A stretch of DNA of 64,000 nucleotides. Source: Candidatus Falkowbacteria bacterium HGW-Falkowbacteria-1. Its GTDB lineage: Bacteria; Patescibacteriota; Patescibacteriia; Patescibacteriales; UBA12465. This document shows positions 18,995 through 29,660 of this stretch, piece after piece; positions within the stretch are counted from its first letter, which is position 1; each line of letters begins with the position of its first letter. The notes beneath the pieces were generated by a model. The model saw only the letters and a list, made by a program, of their open reading frames with translations, was not told the origin of the DNA and did not search any database. Both the position numbers and the translations under genes were made by a program. The stretch is from contig PHAI01000002.1 in the NCBI GenBank assembly GCA_002840305.1, forward strand, positions 74,707-138,706. Reading direction: 5' to 3'.

Positions 18995-20452
18995 TTATGC
19001 TCTTGGTTTCATTAAAGGAAACAGACTGGTTTCCCTGACTGGTTTATCGGCTAAAAAGGCAAACAATCTCTCACCAAAACCAAAACCACAGGTTGGAGGC
19101 ATTCCATGTTCTAACATCTCCACAAATTCAAAATCAGGCATCATGGCCTCTTCGTCACCACGATCAATCAAAAGCTGTTGCTCCTCAAACCTTTTTCTCT
19201 GTTCAACTGGATTGTTCAGCTCGCTATAACCATTACCAACCTCACTTCCTGCTATTATTATTTGAAATCTTTCAGTTAAATCAGTATTATCTTCCTTTGA
19301 TTTGGCTAACGGAGAAACTAGTTTAGGGTGATTTATCAAAAAAGCCGGTCCGGCAATACTTTTTCGACAATACTTCCAGAGTGTATCAACCAATCTTTCT
19401 CTGGTTTTTCCGTCATATTTTACTTTCAATTCTTGTAATTTGTCCATCATTTCCTTTTCGGTTGATTTTAAAACATCAATACCTGTTTGTTTCAGAACTT
19501 CAGTTTGGTAGTCTATCTCTTTCCATTCCTCTGCCAAATCATATTCATAATCTTTGGTTTTAAATTTTGTTGTACCAAAAACTTGTACAGCTATTTCTCT
19601 ATATAATTCTTGGGTTATTTTCATCCCATCACTATAATTAGCATAAGCCCAATAAAACTCCATATTGGTAAATTCCTGCAAATGATCAGGGCTACTGCCT
19701 TCATTTCTGAATATTTTACCGATTTCAAAGGTTTTTTCATATCCAGCAGCCATTAACCTCTTTTGCCACAACTCCCCTACTGAGATTCTTAAATATACAT
19801 CTAAATCAAAGTCGTTATGATGTGTTTTGAATGGTCTAGCCTCAGCTCCACCAGTTGTTGTCTCTAAAATTGGTGTTTCTACCTCAAAAAAACCCTTCTT
19901 TATCATAAAATCACGAGTAACTTGCCAAAATTTGGCTTTTTTAACAAACAAATCCCTTAATTCATCATTCAACAACAAATCTAAATAACGTTTTCTTAAT
20001 TTTTCTTCCTCATCTTTGAGCCCGTGCCATTTTTCTGGCAGTGGCGACAATGCTTTACTTAAAACCTTATATGATTTAACTAATATACTATTCTCCCCTT
20101 TATGCGTTACGAAACAAGTTCCACCGACTTCTAAAAAATCAGCCATGTCAATCAGTTTGACAAAATTTTTGTAATCATCAACGCCCAATTCGTTTTTAGA
20201 AAAAGCTAACTGAATATTTCCAGAAGTATCTTTCAAATTAGCAAAACTCAAGTTACCATGAGTTCTGATAGTCAAAATTCTACCAGCCAAAAAAACTTCT
20301 TTTTTTTCTTTTTCTAAATCAGAAAAATTATCTAAAACTTCCGATATTAAATGGCTCCTATTAACCTTACTAGGATAAGGATTACAAATAGAATTTAATT
20401 TATTTAATTTTTCTTGACGATCAGCTTGTTCGCTGACTATACTATTTTCCAT
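18995..20452 (-). CDS. lysS: Lysyl-tRNA synthetase, class II (likely start MENSIV at 20452)
   Basis: OB-fold, RKRYLDL, FEVETP, FRNEG, GMPPTCGFGFGERL. Confidence 0.97.
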   Translation of the reverse strand: MENSIVSEQADRQEKLNKLNSICNPYPSKVNRSHLISEVLDNFSDLEKEKKEVFLAGRILTIRTHGNLSFANLKDTSGNIQLAFSKNELGVDDYKNFVKLIDMADFLEVGGTCFVTHKGENSILVKSYKVLSKALSPLPEKWHGLKDEEEKLRKRYLDLLLNDELRDLFVKKAKFWQVTRDFMIKKGFFEVETPILETTTGGAEARPFKTHHNDFDLDVYLRISVGELWQKRLMAAGYEKTFEIGKIFRNEGSSPDHLQEFTNMEFYWAYANYSDGMKITQELYREIAVQVFGTTKFKTKDYEYDLAEEWKEIDYQTEVLKQTGIDVLKSTEKEMMDKLQELKVKYDGKTRERLVDTLWKYCRKSIAGPAFLINHPKLVSPLAKSKEDNTDLTERFQIIIAGSEVGNGYSELNNPVEQRKRFEEQQLLIDRGDEEAMMPDFEFVEMLEHGMPPTCGFGFGERLFAFLADKPVRETSLFPLMKPRA

Positions 20453-20456
20453 ATTT

Positions 20457-20918
20457 TTATTTAACATCAATAATTTTGTATTCAAACTCACCTTTTGGCG
20501 TTTCGACAACTACATCATCTCCTTTTTTCTTACCTAAAAAAGCCATCCCTAATGGTGATTCATTTGATATCTTTCCATTCAAAGGATCAGCTTCGTTAAA
20601 ACTAACAATTAAATATTCTCTTTCTTTACCATTTGAAAAAACTTTTATTTTTGATCCCATATCAATTTTTCCTTTTTCCTTGATAACATGCTCAACTATT
20701 TCAACATTTTTTAAAATACCCATTAATTCCAAAATTCTTCCCTCGTTTAAAGCTTGTGCGTCTTTAGCCTCACTATATTCAGCGTTTTCGCTTAAATCTC
20801 CCAACTCTTTAGCCCTTTCTATTCTTTCAGCAATTTCCTTTCTCTTGACGGTTCCTAAAAAATCTAATTCTTCTTTTAATTTATTATAGCCTTCTTGGGT
20901 TATAATTTGATTTTCCAT
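20457..20918 (-). CDS. greA: Transcription elongation factor GreA
   Basis: GDLSENAEY and ISNESPLG. Confidence 0.97.
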   Translation of the reverse strand: MENQIITQEGYNKLKEELDFLGTVKRKEIAERIERAKELGDLSENAEYSEAKDAQALNEGRILELMGILKNVEIVEHVIKEKGKIDMGSKIKVFSNGKEREYLIVSFNEADPLNGKISNESPLGMAFLGKKKGDDVVVETPKGEFEYKIIDVK

Positions 20919-21042
20919 AAATTTTTTTAAAAATTATTATAAGCTTTTAAAATATAGCAACTTTTTATAAATAATACAAGATTATTCACCTTTTTTGTTA
21001 TTATTTTCAATTTATACTTCTTTCGGTCTTTTTTTGACGTTT

Positions 21043-21666
21043 TTACGGCCAAAAAAGCAAGCTCAGTAAATATAACACCAACAAATGTGCTGGATAGAAT
21101 GAGTATTGGAGCAATCTATTGATCCTGAAATCATATTTTTGAAAATAATAAATAATAAAGAAGGCTGGTATAGAAAAAATCTGAAAAATACTATTTGGAT
21201 TTAATAGCGCAAAAATAAAAACTAAAATAGACTGCCCTGGAATCATTAAAAAATTCTTTCTAAAAATAAAAAATAAAAGTATCATCAATACTCCATAAAC
21301 ACCATATTCAACATTCAAGACATAAGCCGAGGCAATGCTCAAAATTAAGAACAAAAGGTTTAGATAATTTTTAAAAATACGATCATAAAAATATATAGCT
21401 AACAATCCTAAAAATAAAGTAAAACATATATTTAAATAAGATTCACTTATAGCTAAATAAAAAATAGGTTGTGATATTATGGCTAATACCAATAATCTTT
21501 GCCCATATTTTTTGACATCTCTAGTTCTCGTATAACCAATGGCTACCCCCCAGGCAAAAAGAGGTAAGGCCAAGCGACCAATGATTCTAAAAATCAAAAA
21601 ATCTGGGAAAAAGGTAAACCCAAGGTGATCGATTAACATTGTTACTATGGCCAATATCTTTAACAT
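21043..21666 (-). CDS. TraX-family membrane protein (pilin acetyltransferase-like)
   Basis: LKILAIVTMLIDH, GRLALPLF, ISQP, NICFTL, FYPAHL. Confidence 0.88.
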   Translation of the reverse strand: MLKILAIVTMLIDHLGFTFFPDFLIFRIIGRLALPLFAWGVAIGYTRTRDVKKYGQRLLVLAIISQPIFYLAISESYLNICFTLFLGLLAIYFYDRIFKNYLNLLFLILSIASAYVLNVEYGVYGVLMILLFFIFRKNFLMIPGQSILVFIFALLNPNSIFQIFSIPAFFIIYYFQKYDFRINRLLQYSFYPAHLLVLYLLSLLFWP

Positions 21667-23177
21667 ATTTCTTTAGTTGAATGACAAAAATTTAAAAATA
21701 AAACTAAAATAATTATATAAGAGATACCTAAGGGGTGATTTAAATAAGGTGTAAAAAAATTAACAGCACTTATCGATATAATTCCTAAAAAAATAGCCAA
21801 AAAATTAAAATTTTGTTTATCAAAAAAATAAAATAACGACTTTTTTAAAATTAAGAAAATTAATACAAAATAAGCTAGAAAGCCAAAAATACCCATTTTT
21901 AGTAGGATATCGAGCCAGCCCCATTCAAAGGTGTAAGTAGAGTATTTGCCGTCTGGACTACTTTCTAAAACCCTTGGATCGCTGGAAAAATACTCCAATC
22001 TAGCTCCGAATCCCCTACCAAATAAAAAATTAGCCCTCAAATCATCCTTTATTACATCAAGCAGCGCCCAGCGAGAAGATATAGCCGATTCGTTTGAAGT
22101 AATATTAGCTCTATCGGATATACTATCCATGCCAAATTCGTTGTTGATATTTGGCCAAGGAAACTTAATTACGATAAAAATAATAGATAATGACAGTATT
22201 AACGTTAAAAATATTTGACCAAAATAATTAACAGTTTTTTTTAGTTTAAACTTATAGACAGAAATAAACAAAAGAAAAATCAAAGAAGAAACTAAACCAA
22301 ACCAGAAGCTCCTGGAAAAACTAATAACTACGGTTGAGATAAAAAATGATGATAATATTATTAAATAACTTTTTTCTTTTATCTTCTTAGAAGAAAGCAA
22401 AGCCGAAAGAGAAAAAAACAAGGCCAACAAATTGAAAATTTGATTTTGGAAAAAAATTCTATAGACTCCATTGTTCATGTTGGTTATTTCGCCCAAGGCA
22501 TAAACTCTAGTCCAAGAATACAGATCAGAAATTATTGGTCTTAAATCATGAGAAAATAGAAACAAAAAAAGTAAAGACTTAAAACAAACATAAAGAGCGA
22601 TTCCCATAAATAACAACGCTATGTCTTGCCAAAAAAGTTTTTTCTCCTTTTGATCTTGAAAATGGATAACAAAACCAAAAGGTAGAATCAAAGTAAAATA
22701 AAGCCAAGCATTAAAGTCAAAGAAAACATCGCCAAAGCTATTTCTGAATAAACCCAAGAAAAAGGCCAAAACAATGAATACGGCTAGATATAAAAAATTA
22801 TTTTTAAAAATTAAATCTTTATATACTTTTCCAATTATTTTTTTATCTTTTAATGTCTTTAGTATTATCTTAGCTAAAAAAATAGACATCAAAATGAGCC
22901 ACAAAGAAATTCGAAGCGATATTTTAAGACCACCATATTCATAATAGAAAAGATAACCCATTGAATTTAAAAAAACTTCCGCTAAAACAAAATACAATCC
23001 CAACTTCAACTTATAAAGACTGAGCAAAATAAAAACAACTACTATTGCAAAGAATATAACAGTATTTAAGACCGGGAAATTAAAGGATACAAAAGATAAC
23101 ATCTCCAAAAAAAGAGATGCTAAAAAAATGAAAAATATAATTTTTTTATTTTTAGTTAAAAAATCAAAATTCAACAT
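21660..23177 (-). CDS. O-antigen ligase / oligosaccharyltransferase-like membrane protein
   Basis: ~12 TM helices; SFSRSFW, SRW...LFGRGFG, KMGIFG. Confidence 0.8.
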   Translation of the reverse strand: MLNFDFLTKNKKIIFFIFLASLFLEMLSFVSFNFPVLNTVIFFAIVVVFILLSLYKLKLGLYFVLAEVFLNSMGYLFYYEYGGLKISLRISLWLILMSIFLAKIILKTLKDKKIIGKVYKDLIFKNNFLYLAVFIVLAFFLGLFRNSFGDVFFDFNAWLYFTLILPFGFVIHFQDQKEKKLFWQDIALLFMGIALYVCFKSLLFLFLFSHDLRPIISDLYSWTRVYALGEITNMNNGVYRIFFQNQIFNLLALFFSLSALLSSKKIKEKSYLIILSSFFISTVVISFSRSFWFGLVSSLIFLLFISVYKFKLKKTVNYFGQIFLTLILSLSIIFIVIKFPWPNINNEFGMDSISDRANITSNESAISSRWALLDVIKDDLRANFLFGRGFGARLEYFSSDPRVLESSPDGKYSTYTFEWGWLDILLKMGIFGFLAYFVLIFLILKKSLFYFFDKQNFNFLAIFLGIISISAVNFFTPYLNHPLGISYIIILVLFLNFCHSTKEIC

Positions 23178-23178
23178 T

Positions 23179-23880
23179 TCAAGATAAATTATGTTTTGTT
23201 TTTATAATTTTTACCGCCTGTTTATATTTTTTCACTGATGGTAAAAAAGGAAAAGCTTTGTAAGCGAAAGCCGGAATCCAAGAACTTATTGTGCCCACTG
23301 GCTTTACTTTAAATAATACTTCTTCAATAAAAATACCCTGATGTCCACATTCTAACATTGTTAACCACAAATCCCAATCTTGAAGTTTTTTAATACTCTC
23401 ATCCCAGGCTTTTTCCGGAAAAGATTCTCTCCTGATTAAAGACATGGTGTGAATATACGGCATTTTCTTTAATTTCTCGGTATCAAAAGGCCATAGTTTG
23501 AATAATTTTTTTCCCCAATAAAAAGAAGAATAGGCATAAGCAGCCGAAGGATTTTCTTCTAATTTTGTTAACATTTTTTCTAAAGCATCTGACTTTAAGA
23601 TGGCATCAGCATCACAAAAAAACAAATACTTACCCCTAGCTTCTTTTAAGCCTCTGTTTCTAGCAGCTGGAGCTCCTTTGTTTTCTTGGTTTATAAAATA
23701 ATAATCATTTTCTAATTTAAATGTTTCAGCAAATTTTTCAAAAACAGACCGAGTATTATCTTTCGAGCCATCATTAACAATCACTACTTCAAAGTCGCGA
23801 TAAGTTTGTTTTTCAATACTATTGACAGTGCCCACTAAAGTTTTCTCTCCGTTGTAAACTGGAATTATAATTGAAATCAT
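23179..23880 (-). CDS. Glycosyltransferase family 2
   Basis: ISIIIPVYN, VNDGSKD, ARNRG, DAD, DWDLW. Confidence 0.93.
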   Translation of the reverse strand: MISIIIPVYNGEKTLVGTVNSIEKQTYRDFEVVIVNDGSKDNTRSVFEKFAETFKLENDYYFINQENKGAPAARNRGLKEARGKYLFFCDADAILKSDALEKMLTKLEENPSAAYAYSSFYWGKKLFKLWPFDTEKLKKMPYIHTMSLIRRESFPEKAWDESIKKLQDWDLWLTMLECGHQGIFIEEVLFKVKPVGTISSWIPAFAYKAFPFLPSVKKYKQAVKIIKTKHNLS

Positions 23881-23897
23881 AATACTAACACTTATTA

Positions 23898-24989
23898 TTA
23901 CTTTGTTAAAAACTGATATATTTTATCAACCTGTTTTATCCAATCAAAATCTCTTAAAACTCTCTGACGCCCTCGTTGACCAAGTTTTTCTCTTAAAGCC
24001 TTATTATCTGATAATTTTCTAATAGCCCTAGCAATGTCTTCCTCGCTCTCTGGGTTTACCAACAGTCCGTTAACGCCATCTAAAACTGCATCTGAAACTC
24101 CACCGCTATTTCCCGCTATAACAGCCTTGGAGGCTAAATTGGCCTCTAGATAAACAATCCCAAAGCCTTCAAAGTCGCCAGAAATGTTTCTGGCTGGCAT
24201 AATAAAAATATCAGATAAAGACAAAAAAGTCCATTTTTCCTCTTCCGTTATTTCTCCAGTGAAAATAATCTTATCACTCCAAATTTGACCTATATTTTTT
24301 CTAGCTATTTCTTTTATATATTCTTCATCTGGTCCTTTCCCGGAAATAACATAAACCAAATCGTCGTTGCCGGATTTTATTAGCTCTTTAAAAGCTAAAA
24401 TAACATAATCAAAGCCTTTTCTCTTCACTAACCTGCCAAGACTAAATAATATTTTTTTATTATCCAATTTGTATTTAGTCTTAAGCTCTTGTTCTTTTTC
24501 TAAACTTCTAAAATTGAAATCTTTGGCCCCAGGATTAACGACAACGCACTTCCCTTCTTGATCTAAAAATTTATTCAACATTTTAAATACCTCCGAATTT
24601 GCACAAACTATTTTTTCTGCTTTTCTTAAAATTAATTTAGTTAAAAATCTCTTCCATTTGTTTCTAAGAGCTAAAGAAAAATCCATACCATGAAGGAAAA
24701 CTGTATATTTTATTTTTAAAATATCTGCTAAAATAAAAACAATAATTCCTAGAGGCAAAATATGACCAACTAGAACATGTTTTATTTTATTTTTTTTAAC
24801 AAATCTATAGAAACTAAAAAACCCAGGCAACCATCTCAATATTCCCTTTTTTCTTATCAATTGATTATTGTTATTGTCCAAAACCAAAATATCAGAAGAT
24901 TTCGGCCAGTAGTAAACCAAATTAGTATAATAATTAGCCACACCTCCTTTAAAAGGAAAATATTCTAATGTAAAAAGTAAAAATTTCAT
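23898..24989 (-). CDS. Glycosyltransferase family 4
   Basis: GGVANY, GRLVKRKG, EGFGIVYLEA. Confidence 0.93.
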   Translation of the reverse strand: MKFLLFTLEYFPFKGGVANYYTNLVYYWPKSSDILVLDNNNNQLIRKKGILRWLPGFFSFYRFVKKNKIKHVLVGHILPLGIIVFILADILKIKYTVFLHGMDFSLALRNKWKRFLTKLILRKAEKIVCANSEVFKMLNKFLDQEGKCVVVNPGAKDFNFRSLEKEQELKTKYKLDNKKILFSLGRLVKRKGFDYVILAFKELIKSGNDDLVYVISGKGPDEEYIKEIARKNIGQIWSDKIIFTGEITEEEKWTFLSLSDIFIMPARNISGDFEGFGIVYLEANLASKAVIAGNSGGVSDAVLDGVNGLLVNPESEEDIARAIRKLSDNKALREKLGQRGRQRVLRDFDWIKQVDKIYQFLTK

Positions 24990-24994
24990 ATTTT

Positions 24995-26446
24995 TTATTT
25001 TTTAGATAATTTAAAAGAATTTATAAGATATAAAATTTCGTCCTTTTTAAATCCTCCAGAAAAAAATAAAAACAAGAAATAAATAACAGCCGACAAAGAA
25101 CAAAGCAAGAATATATTTATTGAGTTTTTTAATAAGAAAATAAACAAACCCATAATTAAAGATGCTAATAAAATTTTTACAAATATTAAAAAATTGTCTT
25201 TCAAGCTATAAGATATTATCTTCTTACATTCAATAATACCTAAAACGAACATTAAAGCATTGCTGGCCAAAACGGCGATCGAGGCTCCAACGGCTTGAAA
25301 TCTTGGAATAAGTATAATATTTAAAATAATAGAAACCGTTAATGCCACTAACATGTTTCTGGTGTTTTTCGCTTGTTTATCGCAAGCATTCAAAAGTGAT
25401 CCTAAAGGGAAATTTAAAAAAATAAAAATTAAAGAAATTATTGAAATCTTAAGTGGTAGATTTGCTTCGCTGTAATTACTTTTAAAAATTAAAATTATCT
25501 TATCTGACAATAGAAAAATAGCCAAAGAAATAGGAATAGAAATCAGTAATAAATAATCAATCGATCTTTTAAAGGTAGTCTTTAGTTGCTCCCTATTATT
25601 TTGCCAATAAAAGCTCATAGCTGGATAGAGGGAGGCCACGAAAGCCATTGGCAAAAATTGTAAAGCAAAAATTATTTTAAAAGAAACCTGATAAATACCT
25701 ACATAATAATCACCAGAAAAAAAAGATAATAAGACAGAATCTAAATAAGTGTGTAGTCTTTGAAATATACCAAAAAGAGCGAATGGCAAGCTCGCTAAAA
25801 CTATCTTTTTTATAAAAAGAAAATTAAAAGATAAATAAACCGGAATCTTTATTTTTACTTTTAGAATTAAATAAGAATATATAAAATTAAAAACACTGGC
25901 CAGAACTAAAGAAGCCATTATTATTCTAAGGTCTAGCTTTAAAAATAAAAAAAGACAGCCGAACGCTAGAACTATTAATTGAAAGATTACCGAAGAAATG
26001 CTTTCAAACTTTAAATTATGAAAACCCCTGGCTGAGCCAAAAAAAGTTAAGGTAAAAGAATCTAAAACCATACAGATCGAAGAAATATAAACTAGTTGCT
26101 TAGTCAAAACATCATGATTTCCTAAAAAATTGATGAATAAAAAAACGGCTAAAATAGAAATGAAACTAAAGATAAACTTAAGGCCCAGTATATTAGACAA
26201 CAACAATTTTGATTCCTCTTTGTTCTTGGCGGTTTCCCTTGTTAAATAATTAACTAAACCCAAATCAATAAATATCGCGAAGATAGTAGTAAAAGATATA
26301 GCGAAATAATATTTTCCCAAGCTTTCTGGTCCCAAGCTCCTAGCTAAAATTACAAAATAAAAAAAAGAAATAACTTTTTGAATAATTAAAGCCAAAGTCA
26401 AATAAGAGGTATTTTTAGCGATGTTTTTTATTTTATTATCATCCAT
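24995..26446 (-). CDS. Wzx-type oligosaccharide flippase (likely start MDDNK)
   Basis: IAKNT, LGPESLGKY, DLGL, ~14 TM helices, LNIILIPRF-x-x-GAS. Confidence 0.9.
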   Translation of the reverse strand: MDDNKIKNIAKNTSYLTLALIIQKVISFFYFVILARSLGPESLGKYYFAISFTTIFAIFIDLGLVNYLTRETAKNKEESKLLLSNILGLKFIFSFISILAVFLFINFLGNHDVLTKQLVYISSICMVLDSFTLTFFGSARGFHNLKFESISSVIFQLIVLAFGCLFLFLKLDLRIIMASLVLASVFNFIYSYLILKVKIKIPVYLSFNFLFIKKIVLASLPFALFGIFQRLHTYLDSVLLSFFSGDYYVGIYQVSFKIIFALQFLPMAFVASLYPAMSFYWQNNREQLKTTFKRSIDYLLLISIPISLAIFLLSDKIILIFKSNYSEANLPLKISIISLIFIFLNFPLGSLLNACDKQAKNTRNMLVALTVSIILNIILIPRFQAVGASIAVLASNALMFVLGIIECKKIISYSLKDNFLIFVKILLASLIMGLFIFLLKNSINIFLLCSLSAVIYFLFLFFSGGFKKDEILYLINSFKLSKK

Positions 26447-26608
26447 ATTAATTATTATTATAGCATAAGAAGGTTTTATCAACAAACTTGTTTATATTAA
26501 ATTTATCTTAAATTTAGGTACATTCGTTTAAAATAAAATAAATCTTACAATTAAAAAGTAATCGGGCTCTTATCCAAAAAACAGATAGGTTCAATTGCTT
26601 TAGTGTTT

Positions 26609-27289
26609 ATGAAAATTTTAATAATAGAAGATGACAAAAAAACAAGTAATCTTCTTAAAGATTCTTTAAAAAAAGAATTTTTTACAGTTGATTTATCTGA
26701 AACTGGAGATGATGGAATTTATATATTTCAAACTAATACTTATGACCTGATTTTAGTGGATTATAATTTACCAGGTAAAAACGGCGATGAAGTTATAACT
26801 GAAATTAGAAAAGAAAATAAAAAAGTTCCAATAATAGCTCTCACTGTAGAGGCCGAACAGTCAATGAAAAACAAATTATTTAATATGGAAATAGACGACT
26901 ACATAACCAAACCATTTATTTTTGAAGATTTGCTCACTAGAATAAAAGCTGTAATGCGTCGCCCAAGAGAAATAAAGAGTCAAATTTATAAAATAGACGA
27001 TCTTTTTGTTGATGTAGAAAAGCACGCAGTAAAAAGGGGCAAGAATAAAATTTATCTTACTTTTAAAGAATTAATGCTCTTGGAATATTTTCTAAAAAAC
27101 CAAGGAAAAATTTTATCAAGAACGGTGTTAATGGAAAACGTTTGGGACTTTAATGCTGATCCGTTTTCCAACACCATAGAATCACATATTTTAAAGATAA
27201 GAAAAAAAATAAATCCCAACAAAGACAAGAGGGATTTAATACATACAATAAAAGGCCGTGGCTATAAACTGGATTTAAGTAAATGGTAA
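26609..27289 (+). CDS. OmpR/PhoB-family response regulator
   Basis: KILIIEDD, phospho-Asp in LILVD, DDYITKPF, winged helix TIKGRGY. Confidence 0.95.
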   Translation: MKILIIEDDKKTSNLLKDSLKKEFFTVDLSETGDDGIYIFQTNTYDLILVDYNLPGKNGDEVITEIRKENKKVPIIALTVEAEQSMKNKLFNMEIDDYITKPFIFEDLLTRIKAVMRRPREIKSQIYKIDDLFVDVEKHAVKRGKNKIYLTFKELMLLEYFLKNQGKILSRTVLMENVWDFNADPFSNTIESHILKIRKKINPNKDKRDLIHTIKGRGYKLDLSKW

Positions 27290-27290
27290 C

Positions 27291-28100
27291 TTATTTTAAA
27301 GAAACTTTTTCTATCTTCAATATCTTTCTTTCTAGAAAAAACTCACCTAATTCTTTAAATTTTTCAATATTATCAGTCGTATAAAACTTATAAACTGCTT
27401 TGTCGTTTTTTTCTATTCCCAATTCTGGATGTCGATTTAAATAATCAAAAAATCTATCACTGATTATTTTTTCGGTATCAAAAACTAAACATTTCCTACC
27501 CATTATTTTTTTTATATCTTTGAGTAAAAATGGATAATGAGTGCAAGCCAAGACCAAAGCCTCTACCTGTTTCATCTTAAAAAACCTCAAATATTTTTTA
27601 AGAATCATTTTGGTTTCTGGTTTTTTAAGCCAATTCTCTTCAATCAAAGGAACTAACAGCGGGGTCGCTTTTTGCAGTATTTCCAGATTACTATTTAGTG
27701 CACTTATTTCTTCTTGATAAATATTAGAATTAATAGTTGCTTTAGTGCCAATTATACCAACTTTCTTTATTTTTTTATGACTTACCACTTCTTCGGCTAT
27801 TGGCCTGATGACACCTAGCACTTTTAAATTTGGATACTTAGTGGGTAAATATTCTTGTTGTATTTTTCTTAATGCTTGAGCGGAGGCGCTATTACAAGCA
27901 ATTATTATTAATTTACATCCTTGTTCATGTAAAAAATCTATAGCTTTTGTACTATAGCCATAAATAATATCCGAAGATTTGTTACCATAAGGGACGTTGG
28001 CATTATCGCCCAAATATATATAATCATAATTAGGATGGTCTTTTAAAAAACCTTTCAAAACAGTTAAGCCTCCCACCCCCGAGTCAAATACACCAATCAT
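27291..28100 (-). CDS. murI: Glutamate racemase
   Basis: FDSGVGG, PYG, ACNSAS, LACTHYP. Confidence 0.96.
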   Translation of the reverse strand: MIGVFDSGVGGLTVLKGFLKDHPNYDYIYLGDNANVPYGNKSSDIIYGYSTKAIDFLHEQGCKLIIIACNSASAQALRKIQQEYLPTKYPNLKVLGVIRPIAEEVVSHKKIKKVGIIGTKATINSNIYQEEISALNSNLEILQKATPLLVPLIEENWLKKPETKMILKKYLRFFKMKQVEALVLACTHYPFLLKDIKKIMGRKCLVFDTEKIISDRFFDYLNRHPELGIEKNDKAVYKFYTTDNIEKFKELGEFFLERKILKIEKVSLK

Positions 28101-28150
28101 AAAAAAACCAAAATTTATCCTTTAATAAAAAAGACAAACTTTTTAAAATA

Positions 28151-28930
28151 TTACTTAGATTTTTCAATTTTGTAATTTATAGAAACATCAACTAAAACTT
28201 CATAAGAGCCACTGTTCACCGAAGGATTTCCACCGCCACCCATTCCTCCATAAGAATAATCATAGTAAGGATAAGGGTTTGTAACATTTTCCCACCAACC
28301 AACAATATCACCAAGCGACACTCCTACTGATTCGGAAAGTGATTGAGCTTTGTTTTTGGCATCCTTTATGGCTAAAAGGCGAGCGTCTTGTTTTATTTTT
28401 TCAATTTCTGAACTTTCGAAATTAACACCAATAATTTGATTAGCCCCTGCTTTTGTTGCTTCGGAAATTATTTGATTTACCTTATTAAAACTTTTATCAA
28501 CATCATAAACCTTTACTACTATTTGTTGATTAGCATTGTATCCGGTCATTTTATTAACACCTTCTACGTAATCATAAAAAGGATAAAGAGAATAATTTTG
28601 ATTTTTTATGTCTTTTGAATCTACTCCCAAAACATTTAAACTGGCTATTATTTTATTCACTTTCCCGTTTAATGTGCCCAAAGCTTCTTCCGGTTGTTCA
28701 ACTTTGTCAACTTGAACCCCTATGGTTATATTAGCGATATTAGGTTCATAGGAAACCCTTCCCTGTCCATTAACCGAAACTTGATTCTGGATAGGATTCA
28801 CTATTCTATCTCTCAAAATAGATATAACCGCTACTCCAGACAAAGCCAAAATTAATACCAAAGCAATAACGAGCTTAAAACTCTTGTTTTGATGGCAAGA
28901 ACAATCTTTTGAATTTTTTTTCTCCTCCAT
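28151..28930 (-). CDS. SIMPL (DUF541) domain protein
   Basis: TM anchor; VSVNGQGRV...P; AGANQI; AIKDAKNKA. Confidence 0.88.
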   Translation of the reverse strand: MEEKKNSKDCSCHQNKSFKLVIALVLILALSGVAVISILRDRIVNPIQNQVSVNGQGRVSYEPNIANITIGVQVDKVEQPEEALGTLNGKVNKIIASLNVLGVDSKDIKNQNYSLYPFYDYVEGVNKMTGYNANQQIVVKVYDVDKSFNKVNQIISEATKAGANQIIGVNFESSEIEKIKQDARLLAIKDAKNKAQSLSESVGVSLGDIVGWWENVTNPYPYYDYSYGGMGGGGNPSVNSGSYEVLVDVSINYKIEKSK

Positions 28931-28971
28931 ATTTTTTTATTTGTTATCTTAAAAGTAAAAAAAATTATTTT

Positions 28972-29646
28972 TTAAGATAACTTAAAATTATTTATAACTA
29001 AAACAAAGTGACAATCTAAAAATTCAGCAGCCTTACGACAAAATATCATTCTTTCGTTAAATATTTCAAAGTATTCCATAACGCCTGTTATCTCCGTATC
29101 AATTGTCAATTTTAAAATAATCTCCTTTTTTTGTTTGTTAATTTTAAAAACAGAATCCATAACTGAATAATTAACACGATCGTGAATATCTTTTTTTATA
29201 TTTTCTGGAGTTTTATTTTTCACTCTATTTCTGTGAACATCTGATTTGTCGGCCAAAACCAATATCGCCCCAATTTTGTTTATAATTTCAAACTTATGTT
29301 CATCATGATTGGCTATGGCCTGCATGATTTCTAGTATATCACTTACGTCCTTGCTGTCTTTGTAATCATTAATAAAGAATTGAGAAAAAAGTATGGCGCC
29401 CGTATAACAGTGATCGGTTCTTTGCAAAAAATTGCCCATATCATGACAATAACCAGCTATAGCAGTTAATTCTTGCTCTCTTTCGCTAAGCCCAATGTTT
29501 TTTGCTAAACTCTTGGCTCGATCCGAAACCACATTAATATGACGGGGACCATGGTCTGTATAACCTAAATAATCAAGATATTGTTCCGTCTTTTTTATAC
29601 AGGCCTTTATCCCAGGATGATTTTTAACTTCATTTAAAGTTAGCAT
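28972..29646 (-). CDS. HD-domain phosphohydrolase
   Basis: GYTDHG-x-x-H, HDMGN, ADKSDVHRNRV, IHDRVNY. Confidence 0.88.
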   Translation of the reverse strand: MLTLNEVKNHPGIKACIKKTEQYLDYLGYTDHGPRHINVVSDRAKSLAKNIGLSEREQELTAIAGYCHDMGNFLQRTDHCYTGAILFSQFFINDYKDSKDVSDILEIMQAIANHDEHKFEIINKIGAILVLADKSDVHRNRVKNKTPENIKKDIHDRVNYSVMDSVFKINKQKKEIILKLTIDTEITGVMEYFEIFNERMIFCRKAAEFLDCHFVLVINNFKLS

Positions 29647-29660
29647 ATTTTTGTAATAAA

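Noticed and set aside
20453..20509. Extended N-termini from the ORF track (lysS; likewise flippase, rnhB, gltX, WecB fusion, 38706, 35436)
   Set aside because: The extensions overlap neighbouring genes, promoters or leaders; downstream ATGs give family-typical starts.
26555..26601. SAM-I riboswitch (CTCTTATCC start)
   Set aside because: Only the P1-like strand matches; the GAG/GGAGGGA...GCAACC core is missing and the region is too short.
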